Below are positions 1 to 12,725 of a stretch of DNA of 64,000 nt, one piece after another. The stretch lies in NCBI RefSeq assembly GCF_008831285.2, contig NC_045138.2, forward strand, positions 4,774,001-4,838,000, read 5' to 3'. Each line of letters starts with the position of its first letter. Within the stretch, counting starts at the first letter, position 1. Made by a program: the position numbers and the translations under genes. The notes under the pieces are model-generated. The model was not told the DNA's origin, ran no database searches, and worked only from the letters and a program-made list of their open reading frames with translations. This stretch comes from Nymphaea colorata (taxonomy: Eukaryota).

Positions 1-1400
1 AATGTGGAGACACCGATAGCGCGTTTCTTATTTTTGATGCCATGATTGACCAGGATGAGGTCTGCTTATCGGCTATAATAACAGGCCTTGCAAATTGTGG
101 GAGGTTAGAAGATGCATGTCGAATTTTTGCTAGTCAAAGCAGAAGAAATGTGGGTTCTTGGAATTCAATTATTTCTGGATATGCAACCAATCGCCAGGGA
201 AAAGAGGCTATTGAGTTATTGAACGAGATGAGGAGAACCGGGATTCAAGCAGAAGCAACAACCATAACTGCTGCTTTGACAGCATGCATGAACCTTGCAA
301 CAACTGTCACAAACATCGGTAAGCAACTGCACGATCTTGCTCATAAAGTTGGATTTCTTCATGATGTTGCCCTTTGTAGCACACTGATTGACTTGTATGC
401 AAAGAATGGATACCTTGAAGGTGCATGCAAGCTCTTTGATGAGCTTGAAGTGCGTGATACCATTCTGCTGAACACCATGGTTACTGCATATTCCAACCAT
501 GGTAAAGTAGAACAAGCGAGGCAAGTGTTTGAATCTATTCCTTGTCGTAGTTTGATTTCATGGAATTCAATGATTGTGGGATACAGCAAAAACGGTTTTG
601 TAATAGAAGCACTGGAACTGTTCCATGAAATGCAGATGCTAAACCTGAGGTTGGACGAAGTTGGTTATGCTAGCATGATCAGCTTGTGTGCTGATATGTC
701 TTCTCTCACGCTGGGTGAGCAACTTTTCGCTCATGTTGTTCTTGCTGGACTTATTCACGATCCGGCTGTTGGCAGTGCACTTATTCATTTATATTGTAAA
801 TGTGGTCTTATCATAGATTCACGGAGACTATTTGATTCAGTACCTAAGTGTAGTGATGTTATATGGAACTCAATGCTGATGGGTTATGCACATAATGGCT
901 ATGGAGAGGAAGCTCTTCAAGTTTTTGAAGATATGAAGAGAGTTGGAGTCAGACCAGGCTCCATTACCTTCATTGCCGTGTTATCGGCCTGCAGTCACCG
1001 AGGGCTGGTTGAGGAGGGGCGGCAACTATTTCATGCCATGAAACATGATTATGGTATCTTACCAATGGTTGAACACTGTTCTTGTATGATTGATCTCTTG
1101 GCACGGGCAGGCTGCATTCAAGAGGCTGTAGATTTTATTAACAATATGATGTTTCCAGCTGATGCTAGCATGTGGACATCAATACTAAGTGCAAGCAGAG
1201 CTTATGGAGAGGAATCTCTTGGAAGAAAAGCAGCAAATCAGCTTCTGCAACTTGATTCTGCAAACTCTGCTGCATTTGTGCAGCTTTCTAACATTTATGC
1301 TACTTGTGGGGAGTGGGCTAAAGCGGCACAAGTAAGGAAGTTGATGCAGCAGAAAGGAGTGACGAAAATGAACCCTGGCTACAGCTGGATTGATGCATAA
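1..1400 (+). CDS. PCMP-E5: Pentatricopeptide repeat protein, PLS subfamily, E class without DYW (organellar RNA-editing factor type); At1g77010-like; 5'-truncated by the window edge
   Basis: The frame is already open from position 3 (CGDTDSAFLIFDAM...), so ATG 42 is internal. Tandem P-L-S motifs (SWNSIISGY, LIDLYAKNG, LIHLYCKCG, ITFIAVLSACSHRG) are followed by an E domain (HCSCMIDLLARAG, FVQLSNIYA, PGYSWIDA*). Intronless. Segments such as DTILLN...SLISWNSM and LGEQLFA closely recall At1g77010 (from memory). Confidence 0.93.
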   Translation, partial: CGDTDSAFLIFDAMIDQDEVCLSAIITGLANCGRLEDACRIFASQSRRNVGSWNSIISGYATNRQGKEAIELLNEMRRTGIQAEATTITAALTACMNLATTVTNIGKQLHDLAHKVGFLHDVALCSTLIDLYAKNGYLEGACKLFDELEVRDTILLNTMVTAYSNHGKVEQARQVFESIPCRSLISWNSMIVGYSKNGFVIEALELFHEMQMLNLRLDEVGYASMISLCADMSSLTLGEQLFAHVVLAGLIHDPAVGSALIHLYCKCGLIIDSRRLFDSVPKCSDVIWNSMLMGYAHNGYGEEALQVFEDMKRVGVRPGSITFIAVLSACSHRGLVEEGRQLFHAMKHDYGILPMVEHCSCMIDLLARAGCIQEAVDFINNMMFPADASMWTSILSASRAYGEESLGRKAANQLLQLDSANSAAFVQLSNIYATCGEWAKAAQVRKLMQQKGVTKMNPGYSWIDA

Positions 1401-1495
1401 GTGACGGGAATTGTATTGACACGTAGATGACAGGAATTACATCGTCTATGCATGTTCTTAGAAAAGCTTGCATGATATGCGGATCATATCTGTAA

Positions 1496-1913
1496 CACTG
1501 TCACAAATATTTCCTTTTTCCTTAAAAATATGTTAAAATAAAGGAAAATGAGAAAACCATGAAAAAATGAGAATATTTTGAAAAAAGGCAAAAAAGGAAA
1601 ATATTGTGTTTATACTTTATATTGCTCTTTTACATTTTTCATGTTTTTTCAAAGAAAAATGTTTTTAAATATAATTTAATTTTTTTGAGGTTTCTTTTAA
1701 CATTCTAAGTTTCTAAAAATTATTTTAAAAATTTTATCAATGTTTTTGTAAGAGAGCTAGTAGAAAACTTGAATTTTCATAATTTTTTATACTATGCTTT
1801 CATTTTTTAATTTTTTGAAATATTTACATTATCCTGAGGAAAAACAAACTTTTCAATTAGTACCTGAGGAAGGCCTCGCCTATAAAACCTGAGAAGGACT
1901 TTTTGTGACAATG
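1496..1913. mobile_element. Non-autonomous hAT-like MITE (CAcTGTCACAAA family)
   Basis: TIRs CACTGTCACAAA ... TTTGTGACAATG, degenerate 8-bp TSD atctgtaa/atatgtac, AT-rich interior. Related copies lie at ~9501-9862, ~39830-40182, ~47922-48338 and ~55972-56230. Confidence 0.65.
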
Positions 1914-2362
1914 ATATGTACTACTAGTCTAGTTGGCATATGAAAGAGAAGCCAATCTCAACTCCATTGTGCTTAGATTGTAATTGGATATCAACCATAT
2001 TCATGCTTCATCGGTGGTCTGACATGTTCATTATTGGTCAACTGCTCATCAATCTTCTTCATCATGAAAAACAAGGGGTTCATATGAGTATCTGGCTTCT
2101 TTCATCAGGTGAGTCAATGTCTTTGGCATCATGTTGTTTCCTTTAATCTGATAAGGAGACTTATATTCTGCTATAGTTTTAATATGTTATCCCTTATATC
2201 AACCAACTAATCTCTAGTTCTTTTATCTCCCTTCATGAAAACTCATAGTTACTCACTTCTAATTCTATGTCCTCCTTTTGATTGTCAGTGGAACTTATGA
2301 TAATCCTTAGGTTCCTGTGTCTGATTGAATTTGTACGTGATGTAATACCAGAACTAGCCAAT

Positions 2363-2557
2363 CGATGTTATTTTCTCATTGTTCATTTTACAGGGACCAA
2401 TTAAGATGTATCTGGGAAAATGTTCTTCACATCAAGACATCTACTATTTCTTTTGAGTGCGAAGTTATTTTCTCATTGTTCGTTTTACAGGGACCAATTA
2501 AGGTGTATCTGGGAAAATGTTCTTCACATCAAGACATCTACTATTCCTTTTGAGTGC
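2363..2557. repeat. 97-bp tandem duplication
   Basis: Two near-identical copies of gttattttctcattgttc.ttttacagggaccaattaag...cttttgagtgc with a period of 97. Confidence 0.9.
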
Positions 2558-3159
2558 TTCTATCTCTATGAATCTAGACAGGTTGGTCTACATCTTTGTT
2601 TTGCTGCTCTATTATGTTAGAATGGTTGTCATACCTGCTACACATTGCTTAACATAGTGTATCCTTTACATCAGCGATTGCAATATTAACACTACATTGA
2701 ATTATCAGTATTTTTTTTCCCTTTTGTTTTTTGTCCTTTTAGAATGCATTTTAGGATTTTGTGTTTCCTGTGTATAATAGTTTTGGCTGGACACGGTAGC
2801 CATGAGGCTCACCTAGTAGCTTGCAACAGCTATTGTTGTATGTGGGGGCCATGCAGATAGGAAGAAGCATACATGGCCTGATGTGTTTATCTTAGCATTT
2901 AAAACCCTTTTCTTTTTAATCATGCGCTTCTGAGGCTTGGTTGACCTTTTATAGGAGTCAATTCCTATGAGCTTTTGTATCCTCTCTGAATTTTTCTTAT
3001 CTTGCTTTTTTGAGAGCATTTTCTTTGTTTTGTACTTGCGAATGAAGTTTTTTTTTCTTTGAATTTTTTTTCTTGCTATTGAGTGCATTTTTTGTTCGTA
3101 CTTGAAGGTAGTTTTCTTTACATCTTATTATCCTTGTTTCATTGCATACATGTAGCTGA

Positions 3160-3509
3160 CTAAGTCACATAGGTACTTTAATAAGGTCCATGTACCTATG
3201 TCGCCATACTCGTACCCAAAGTGGGTACTTGGACACACTTGGGTACTTCTTAGATCGAAACTGATCCAAAGCACTTAATTTTGCTTGATTTAAATTTTTT
3301 CAATTTAGTTTTCATTCTGTTTTTAGAGTTATTATTCATTAACATGTAATATTTTTTATTCATATCAATTGTTTATTTAAGTGTCGCTTCCATTTTGACT
3401 TTTTTGTGTTATTTTGTATATATACATATGTATATCCTATCGTATACCCATATTTGCATCTGTACCTATATCTTTGTTCCCAAACCGTATCCATACCTAT
3501 GTGACTTAG
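3160..3509. mobile_element. hAT-type MITE (350 bp)
   Basis: Perfect 16-bp TIRs CTAAGTCACATAGGTA / TACCTATGTGACTTAG and a perfect 8-bp TSD GTAGCTGA (3152-3159 and 3510-3517). Confidence 0.88.
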
Positions 3510-3791
3510 GTAGCTGAATTTTTTTCTCTTGTTGTTGAGTGAAGTTGTTCTTCATACTCGAGGTAATTTTCTTTACATCCTATTATCCTTGTTTCATTGC
3601 ATACGTGTAGCTGAAGTCTTCATAAACCTTACCAGCATCTGAAAAGATTTTCTGCATTGATTAAGCAAGGCGTTCACATGTATTGGTGTTTTTTCTGTAC
3701 CAAGATGCAGTGTGTGTCCAAATAGAATTCACATATTCCTTTTTTATTACGAAGATAATTAGTTTCTGCATCATTATGTGAATATTGTACT

Positions 3792-4257
3792 TGTAACAAC
3801 CCGACCCACTTCTGGGCTCGGACCCCTAGTCTAGCGGATCTCAACCCGCTCCCTAACCGTTTTGGCTTCAACACCCAAAAAAGTTAGGAACCAGGACAAC
3901 CATCTATTTAATAACCCCATTTATAAGCCCTTAGAAATTCCTCACAATCTTCAATATGGGACTAAATTTTTAGGGTGTTACAATCCACCCCCTTTAAGGC
4001 ACACACGTCCCCGCGTGTGGGACCCTAAGTCCAAGTGTTGAACTGGCTCTGATACCACTGTAAGTCTGTAACAACTTGACCCACTTCTTTGCTCGAACCC
4101 GTAGTCTAGTGGATCCCAACCCACCCCCTAGGAGTTTCGGCTCCAGCCACCAAAAAGGTTAGGAACCAGGACAACCATCCATTTAATAACCCCCTTTATA
4201 AGCCCTTGAAAATCCTTCACAATCTTCAATATGAGACTAAATTTTTTGAGTGTTATG
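3792..4257 (-). mobile_element. TRIM (terminal-repeat retrotransposon in miniature)
   Basis: Two ~190-bp direct repeats (3792-3982 and 4067-4257) starting TGTAACA and ending TGTTACA/TGTTATG. On the minus strand there is a PBS TGGTATCAGAGC (4046-4057; initiator tRNA-Met) and a PPT AAAGGGGGTGGAT (~3983-3995). 5-bp TSD GTACT at 3787-3791 and 4258-4262. Confidence 0.92.
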
Positions 4258-6817
4258 GTACTAATGTGTGTACACATGCATGTGTGCTGAACATTTGTGT
4301 AATGTGCATGTAGGCACAATCTCCATGCACACTTATGCATTTGTGTATGTTCATGTCTGTTTAATTTTTGCTTTTAATGTGTTTTGAGTTTTAATATGTT
4401 TTGTTAATTCATTGAAATTGCTTTTAATTTTTGCTTCAAGACTACATCTGCTTGCCTATGCATTTTGATATTAGTTAATGAAACTTTTTGTGGATTTTCA
4501 TTGTAAATTGTCTTATTGATCCCTTCTATTTCTTTGTTCAGTTTGATTGAAGTTTTCAATTGTCATTTAAGAGTGCATATGTAACAGTATTGTTTATCAG
4601 CATCTTATCCATTTATCTGCGTAGATAAAAGTATCTGTTGATCAGCCTGATTGAGGTCAGCAACTTTCTCTTTTATTGAGTTGCATTCTGGATCACTTTC
4701 TTCCCTTTTATTTTGTACATCATTGGTCCATTTATCGTGAGATATAGATGGATCATGGCCATCAGTAAATAAAATGGAAACTGGAAGTGATGCATAAAGT
4801 GGAAGTGAAGCTAATATTTTGTAAAATGCTACGTTAGAATAGGAGGTGGGATTGAGGGAAGCCAGGTGTTGGAAATGGACTGGAAGCAAATGTCCTTGTT
4901 ACTATGAGTCTTTGTGATTCATATTCTGATGCTAGTGTGGCATTTCCAAAACGTTCAGGGAACAGGTGTGACATTTAGATAAATATGAGACTAAAGGAAT
5001 GAATCTTTGAGTTTGTGACTCATTTTTCAACCTACTTGAGTACAGCATCTCTGCCAGCATTTGGTGTGGGTGCAACTCAGGTACTCAGAGATGCACTGTT
5101 ACACAGCTATGGGTCACACAGCTTTTTCTAACAATGGAATATTAGAAGAATGTCTATGATACAGATCTTCCCCTCAATGTTACATGGAATGCCAACATTA
5201 CGCAACCATCTGCACAATGCTTTTATCATAAGGCTCTCTTGAGCTTTATAAGGTTTTGTTGGCTTCCTTACAACTTTGATGAATTGCACGTGTGCCTGTG
5301 GGAATATGTGGCCAGCAGACTGCTACTCATTTTGTTGACATGGGGCTGAATCATATGCATTTTTCGATAAACCATCCCCCACTATCAAGCATGGGCACCC
5401 CCATTTTTCACATCATGTCTAACTGAATCAAGCATGCTGAGATATAACTAATTTTTGAAGGAGTTCTTTGAAGACCGGCATCTGACATGGACGGTCTCAG
5501 GGCATTCAGTCTGCACTATCAAAGATGCCCTTAAAAAGAGATTATCATCAGTGGAGTCTCTATTTGTGTTAGTATATGAAAGTACAATTTCCATGGCATT
5601 GCTAGGTATTATAATTTAGAGTGGCTACATTGGAAATGCAGCAACTTGTTCCATTAGTTCTTTATAGTAATATTGTTTGGTGTTTGTTGTACTATGAACT
5701 GTTCCTTATGGTGTTTGGTGTACTATGAACTGTTCCCTAAATTACTAGCTTTTGCTTTTTTGAATGATCATTTCTTTCTTCTAATTAGCATGTTTATCAA
5801 TTTATGCAGGATATTTGGCCTCTTTCTTCTGTTATAGGATGGCGTTGGTTGGTATTTGCTTCAGACTATATAGAGAGACAATTGACTGCTTTTCAAGGGC
5901 TTCTAGTGATCCCAAAGACCAAGCGATTAGCAGTTCCCAGGATGGCAGTGAAGGTTGCTGGAGAGCTCTCTTTTTTTCCTTTCTTTTTTCCCGTTCCGAT
6001 TGTATAGTTTCTTGGATCTGTTAACAGGAAGATCGATCTGTAAGGATGTGATATTTTAATCTCATAAAGTTTTGGGTCTGGATCTGATATGGACTCAGAT
6101 CCTGTCGTCCCTTTATAGGGGAGCTTTTGTAGCCCTAATATGCTTGTAAGGAACATCAAGAGAGTGGATTGACCCAGAGAGAAAAGGCTGTCTTTGCTGC
6201 ACGTTAGAGAAGGATTCAGTTCCTGTTTTCCACAGCCTTAACATTTGCTCACTTTCTTGCATGGTGTCAGAGCAAGAATTGTCCTTGAGTATGATTAAAC
6301 ATGATTAGCTTGGGTTGCCATCTGTTTCTTTGTATGAACTCCTTCATCAATGATTCCTTTTTTGTCATTTTTGCTTCTATGGTCTTTGGTTTGGGCTTGA
6401 ACCTTGTTTCTTTATAAATTATAATATTTGCTGTTCTTCTTATATATTTTTCCTCTGATGTTGCTAATCAATGTTGTTCAAGTTTTATCCTCTCTTGGAA
6501 GTCTTTTCTGTGTCAATACTTCTGTTTCTTGTTTCTTACTTCTGGATGTTGGGTTGTGGTTTTGATTTTATCTCCTTCCTCTTTTAGATACTAATCTGAT
6601 ATGTTTTCTCTATTGTCTTCTTCCTTTACCAAATCTGTTTATTTTCTTTTGTGCCTTTCTATCTCAAATATGTTTACTTTGTTCATGCTTTTCTTATTGT
6701 TTTTGTTCGAAGAAAGTAAAACTTATTGCTGATAAGCTAGCCTTGGTGGACGAAAGTAGTTGCCAGCATATCCAGTAAAATCTTACTGGTTTGGAACCCG
6801 AAGTTCATGTTGTCATC

Positions 6818-6924
6818 CCCTTAAGTATTTCCCCGACAGTGTTTCCCCGTCATTTCCTCATTTGAAGATCTCATACAACTATAAGTTCCAATATGAGATG
6901 AATCCCACTTAGGGGGATGTTACA
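6818..6924. mobile_element. Possible solo LTR or very small inverted-repeat element
   Basis: TGTTGTCATCCCCTTAAGT ... ACTTAGGGGGATGTTACA imperfect inverted ends with TG...CA termini. No clean TSD. Confidence 0.35.
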
Positions 6925-8333
6925 TCGTCAAAAGTCTCCAAATATTTTATCTGCAGGCGCTATTTAGAGGGAAAGTGAGAGGAGGAGGATGTCAAGGAGA
7001 TCAAGATCGCGAGAGAACTCAGGGAAGCCGTGGTATCTTACTCTGTCCTAAATCCCTAATTAGTTTGGAGGTAAAAGAATTATGGTTTGTTAGATTGGTT
7101 GAAACTTTGACATGTCAAGGTCAATTACTAGCATAAGATGTTATCAAACATATTAGAGAATGTCTTCGATCGCAAGAAGGAAAAGAGTTTGAGCAAATCT
7201 CAAATTGGAGGAGAGAAAATTGTTAGCTTAGGGGCATGCTACAAAATCTGTGATTTGGAAGCAAAATTATCTGAGTGTTTAGTCGTTGATTTTTAGACAA
7301 CTAGTTCTGTATAAGAGATGCAGATAATTTTTCCATATGTGTTGCTTATATTTGGAGAAACAGTCACTAATCAGTAAGTTTTAAGATGTGTAGTGACGGT
7401 TTAGAATATGCTGTTATTATGTTTTAGGTGATAAACTAATTATCTAAAAATTACTTTAAAATAATTTTATCTTCTTATGGATTAATTAACCATAAAAAAA
7501 TTCAACGTTTTTTCAACAATATTAATTGTGTAATCTCGTCTTCTGGTTCAGCACCAGTCTCCGAATCTTCTGGTTTGGCACTAGTCATACTTCCAGTTTA
7601 ATACTACTATACTTTTCTGCAGATTCTATTCAGATGTAGACTCAAATTCAGCTTTGAAGCTATTACTTGGGATTCAGATTTCATATATTCCATCTATTGC
7701 ATCCTGCCGTCGTTATCATTCGCAAAAAATTGGGTGTGTATATATATATATATATAGCGGTATCTACTGTGTCAACAGCCTTGTAAGTCATTGGATAGGG
7801 GAGATGTGTGATTAGATGACTCTATAAAGCAAGTATTTTTACAAAATAAGGAGATTAGACGTCGATAACTTTCACTGCAATGTAAACCTATTTACTGTAT
7901 ATGGAGATCTGCTGCCATTGCTGCTTCCCAAAGTAAAGCAGCGTCTTTAACTCCTCTATGCAATTACTGTATATCTTAACAACGAGATGTCACCCATTTT
8001 CCAGCTTGCTTTTCGCCCAATATTATCATATTAAAATGCATGTTTTGCATTTCGCCAGCCCGATATGTAACGGGCCGGCTCGGTAACTTGACTGGCCAAC
8101 CCGATGGGGCCAGATTCCACCTGCTATGTTATTTAATATTATTTTTATTTTAATAATGATATATATTTTATATTAAAAAATGTATTTTATTTAAAAAATG
8201 TTTTTTATTTTAACCGGACAGAACTCAACTTTAGCTGGAGTCTCGAACCGGCCTGAGCCTGATTCTCATCGGGCCGATGCCCAGCCCTACATTTTTATCT
8301 ACCTTTTCGTTGCTTTAAAATAAAACAAAAAAT

Positions 8334-8779
8334 CACAGTCACCTGGGTGCTTTTCATTTGAGCTCGCACCCGTTTCATTTGAGCTCGCACCCCAGAATCT
8401 GATTTCGGAAAAAAACCAAATCCAAAATCCACAAAATCAAATCCACCATTCTCACCCGTCAACCGTTGCATCTAAGTTAATACATATATAGATATATTAT
8501 ATGTTCTCTTTTCTCTTTCAAAAAAAACAATACAGGACTAAAAAATGGTGGCTTTCATAAAACGATCTGTTTGCCTTTTTTTTCAAACATTTCTTTTTTT
8601 ATTTTTTCCCACTATCATAAAATGTATAATTTTAATTGTGTTATTTAATTTCTACAAAAAATTAATAATAATAATATTATTATTATTAATATTAATAAAA
8701 TATCTTCACCGCACCGCCGCACCTAATTTTTTTGAGATGTGCCGCACCAGCACCCGCACCCCTCACACAGGTGACATAG
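8334..8779. mobile_element. hAT-type MITE
   Basis: Imperfect TIRs CACAGTCACCTG / CAGGTGACATAG, perfect 8-bp TSD CAAAAAAT (8326-8333 and 8780-8787), subterminal cgcacc repeats. Confidence 0.75.
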
Positions 8780-9500
8780 CAAAAAATGTGTAACTTCATT
8801 ATTTCATATTCTGTTTTGCCTGCATGAGTAATTGCGTTATTAAAAGTGCAGCTGCATTGCCTATTATAACCTAGTTGCATGCAAGCGTTCTGTTGATTTT
8901 GTAAATTACTGTGCTCAAGATCGACATCAGCTTCCAATCTTTATTATTTCTAAGAGCTATTTTAGATCGTGTGCTCTTTATAAGAAGCCGATATTACTTT
9001 CTTGATATTTCTTTATTAGTGAACAAAGGTAGTTATATATTTAATGAGGTGCACCAGCCACTATTAGTTCATTTTTAACTTTACAATATAAATGATTATT
9101 TTTTAACCTCCTGTAGTTCCACGTTTAATTTATGTCATAAATGAGGCACACCGAGATATTTCTTAGATAAATGTTTCTTCAATTTTTCCCTCTTTGAAAT
9201 CCATAATTCCTCTCCCTCTCTCTCTCTCTCTCTAGATCTACATGCAGTTTAAATTAATTGACTATTAACTATCATTCACCTGAAATCAATTTTTAAAAGC
9301 ACCTTCCACAACTCATTAGTCATCATTTTTTTTAGAAACCAGGATTTAAAAAGTGAAAACCGAAAGGTTTTGAAAACTCATTAAAAAAAATGTTTTCACA
9401 AAACCAAGTTTTTACAAAAAACCATTTTGTTCGAAGTGCTATCCAAATGCATCCTGACACTTTTCTCCACCGCTTCTAGCTTGGAGAGCAGTTTAATGAC

Positions 9501-9862
9501 CATAGCCACAAAAAAACATGTTTTTTTTTTCGAAAGAAACGCAATAAATAAGTCAGTTCGTTTGAAACTTAAAAAATTATTATTAAGAAAAAGCTTAAAA
9601 TTTTTTATTGTTGTGTTTTTTCCACATTTTTTAATGCAAAACTGCTTGTTTTCATTTACAATTTTTATTTGTTGCAAATTTATTTATTTTTTTATGTTTA
9701 TGCTTTTAGTTTCTCACTTATGTTATTGTTCTCTAACTTTTAGTTTTTCTTTTAATTTTTTTTAATGTTAAACGTATTTTCTTGTATTTTTAAGCTTGCC
9801 ACATTACAATTAAAAAAAAAATCCTCGCCATTCAAGACACAAGAAAGACTCTTGTGGCAATC
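9501..9862. mobile_element. MITE, relative of the 1496-1913 family
   Basis: Starts CATAGCCACAAAAAAACATG and ends ...aaatcctcgccatt...TTGTGGCAATC; colinear with the copy at 47922-48338. Confidence 0.55.
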
Positions 9863-10271
9863 TATGGCCACTTTCCAGCAAGGTTCTCCTTCGTTGGCTG
9901 CATTCAAAACCAATAACGAAAACACTTGGAACACAGATCACAGAATGAAGTAGTGGTCTGCTATTGTCCTTAGCAGACTAACCACTGTTGATCCAATCTT
10001 TGTTAGGGAAGCATCTGCCCAATTTGCTTTCGACGTTTCCTTTGGCCCTCACGCCAGTTGGTCCAGGTGTATTTAACAGTCTCTTCTGGGGTCTTCTATT
10101 TTCATCAGGTTGGCTGCATTAGCATTAATGAATTGAATGACAGAAACAGAGACCTTGGTGGCTAAATGCCTGCATGTTTGAGTTGAGCTCAGAGAGATGA
10201 AAGTGGAGGTCCATGACTCCATATCTAGGATAACAAGTGACCAAGTTCTCGCCGCTATAGCAAGGGCATTT

Positions 10272-10318
<47 letters not shown>

Positions 10319-11630
10319 AAGAAAATTGTTTATAAACAGCAAAATTATCAAATAACAAATTTAAAATTACAAATAGTCAATTCAACAATGAATAGTCTTT
10401 AAGTTCAGAGTTTGTAGTTCATAGTTCATCATCCCAACATCTTGATTTTCTTCAATGCTTTCATTAATCGAACTCATTGAAAGAAACAGCAGAATGATAA
10501 GCTAAGCCCATGTTGGCAGTATATAAATTGTGTTCTCCTTCAAAATCAAATTATTTTGGGGCTACATCCCAATGTTGATATGATCAACAATTGTGTTTTA
10601 TTATAAAATGAAAACCAAAAGACAAAAATGTTGACAACAAAAATATGTTTGATCTAATACAACACAAGAAAATGATCCAAACAAAACGACGTAACGCAAT
10701 GTCAAATGAACAATACATGTATTCTTTTTATTTTGTTAAAAGAAGGCGCAAATTAGAGTGTACAAAAACCAAGTCTTCTGCATGTTGGCTAGTGAGTTTA
10801 TTTCTTTTATTGTTGTGTATATGAGAATACATGCACCAATTTCTTTCACAACACAAGTTTGTAATAGTAGTCTCATTGCAACTTTTTGGATCACGGTCCT
10901 ATCTAATCCATAGGATGCCCACCAATAAAAAATGAAAAAAACTTATGACATCGTCTTCTTTTGTTGCTGTTGCATCTTCAAAACTAAATTGTTCTAAAAA
11001 AAACTTTGAATATTAACAAATAGCTTGCCTTCTCATGTAAGAATCTACAAAATAATTCTCTCTATACATGACATTCCATTATTATATAACTCATTATCTA
11101 GATTTAGAACAAGAAGTCTAGTTTTAATATAATATTTGAAATTTGAAGAATGAGCTATGTAATGCAATGGCGTATTGCTTTTGCCCTATCTTCCAACTAA
11201 TATTATATATATGTGATAAAAAACTCTGAATTATATCAAGTGGAGTGTCTTTCTTCTTTTTCTTTAAAATTATAGATTGAATTTACTCAATCATATCATT
11301 TTACATTCCATTAACTTTATCAAAGATAGACTCATCTAACCTCATCTTCAGCACATCGAAGCTCCACTTCTCTATTAACCACCATTTGAATTAGTGTATT
11401 CTGCACTCTTTAAATTCTTTTTAACATAACAGTTATTGAAGCAAACCATATCTTTACATCAGTTTCTGTATCTTGAATGTATGAAAATAGCTCATGTCTT
11501 TGAGGATCAACTTCTAGACTTGGATGACCATATACGTCCTTCATTGCTAAATTTAGTGTACGTGCAACATATGAGGTCCAAACATATGTGAAAAATTATA
11601 TATCAAATTTTTTTGCAAACAACAACGTTA

Positions 11631-12725
11631 TCAATGATGAGTTGCACTCTCTTCCTCTTGCTTCCCACCTCTCTGGCCTCCTTTAGCATGAACAGCTTGA
11701 AATTTGTGACATATTTTAAAGCTCTGCTGCGGTGCTGCCTCTCCCTCCCCTCCTTCCTCTACCAGGGCTCTGGAAACTTGAACCTTTAGCTCCCTGTCCG
11801 TTTTCCCTCCTTCCCTGCTCCTAGAGACATCTACCACCAACTGACATTGCGCAGGGGCTGGATTTGCACCACGCTGTGCAGAGAAAGAAAAGCTCGGGGG
11901 AACATCCTCCAACCTGAAAGGGAGACTCATCTCGACCTTGTTCTTGTCTCTCCTATTCTCAAAGCGACTCACAGTCTTTGATTTCTCCTCTACCTTAGAC
12001 GACCCCCCACTGCTCTGCCTCACGGGCATTTTCCTATGCCTGCTGACCCTTTGTGCGCGCGACAGTTCCGAAACCCCCGTCTCCTTCTCAACCAACACCT
12101 AATTTTCCTGCCGGTGGGGAAGCCCGACTACTGTTAGCCACACTGCCACTCCGACGGTGCTCCCCTGGGTCATCACCCTTCCCCTCCTTCAGCCGCCTCT
12201 TGGGGCAGCTCTCAGGTGATGTGCATTGACGCCACAGATCTGACAAAGCCTGAGCCTCCCCTCGTAGACTGCTTCTTGAATAAGAAGTGGCTTCCCCCCA
12301 GATCGATCCCCACCTTAGGAGGAAGGCGAGAGTGAATTAACAGATCCAACAAGATGCAAGCGAAGTTCATACCAGACATCCTCATTGTTGGAAAATTAGC
12401 CTCCAGGAACTAACCACCAATACCCATCCCAACTGCATTGAAGATCCGCTGGTTCCAAAAGTAAGGGGCGAGCACCGAGAACCATACGAGACATCCTCAT
12501 TGTTGGGGAATTCGCCTCACCTCAGATACCCATCGCAATTGCATTGAAGATCGGCTGGTTCCAGAAGTGAGGGGCGAGCCCCGAGAGCCTCACCCATAGA
12601 GGTGCTGTGATGGAGGGGTTAGGTTCCAACGGAATCCCTGGATGCCATTGTGCTGCCACCAGATCCTTTCCCTCCACCCTTCACTCCCCTTTATTCAACA
12701 CAAGATTCAGTTCGTCCTCATTGGT
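11631..12725 (-). mobile_element. Degenerate L1-type LINE ORF1 fragment (DUF4283 plus zinc knuckle)
   Basis: Minus-strand translation EDELNLVLNKGE*RVEGKDLVAAQWHPGIP...PLWVRLSGLAPHFWNQPIFNAI is typical of plant L1 ORF1. A CQICGVNAHHL..C knuckle lies at ~12244-12205, followed by the low-complexity ORF 11631-12098. Stops, frameshifts and an internal ~115-bp duplication are present. Confidence 0.8.

Noticed and set aside
4600..5620. Coding-like composition, possibly another decayed gene (faint PPR-like words on the minus strand)
   Set aside because: No motif could be assigned with confidence in any frame.
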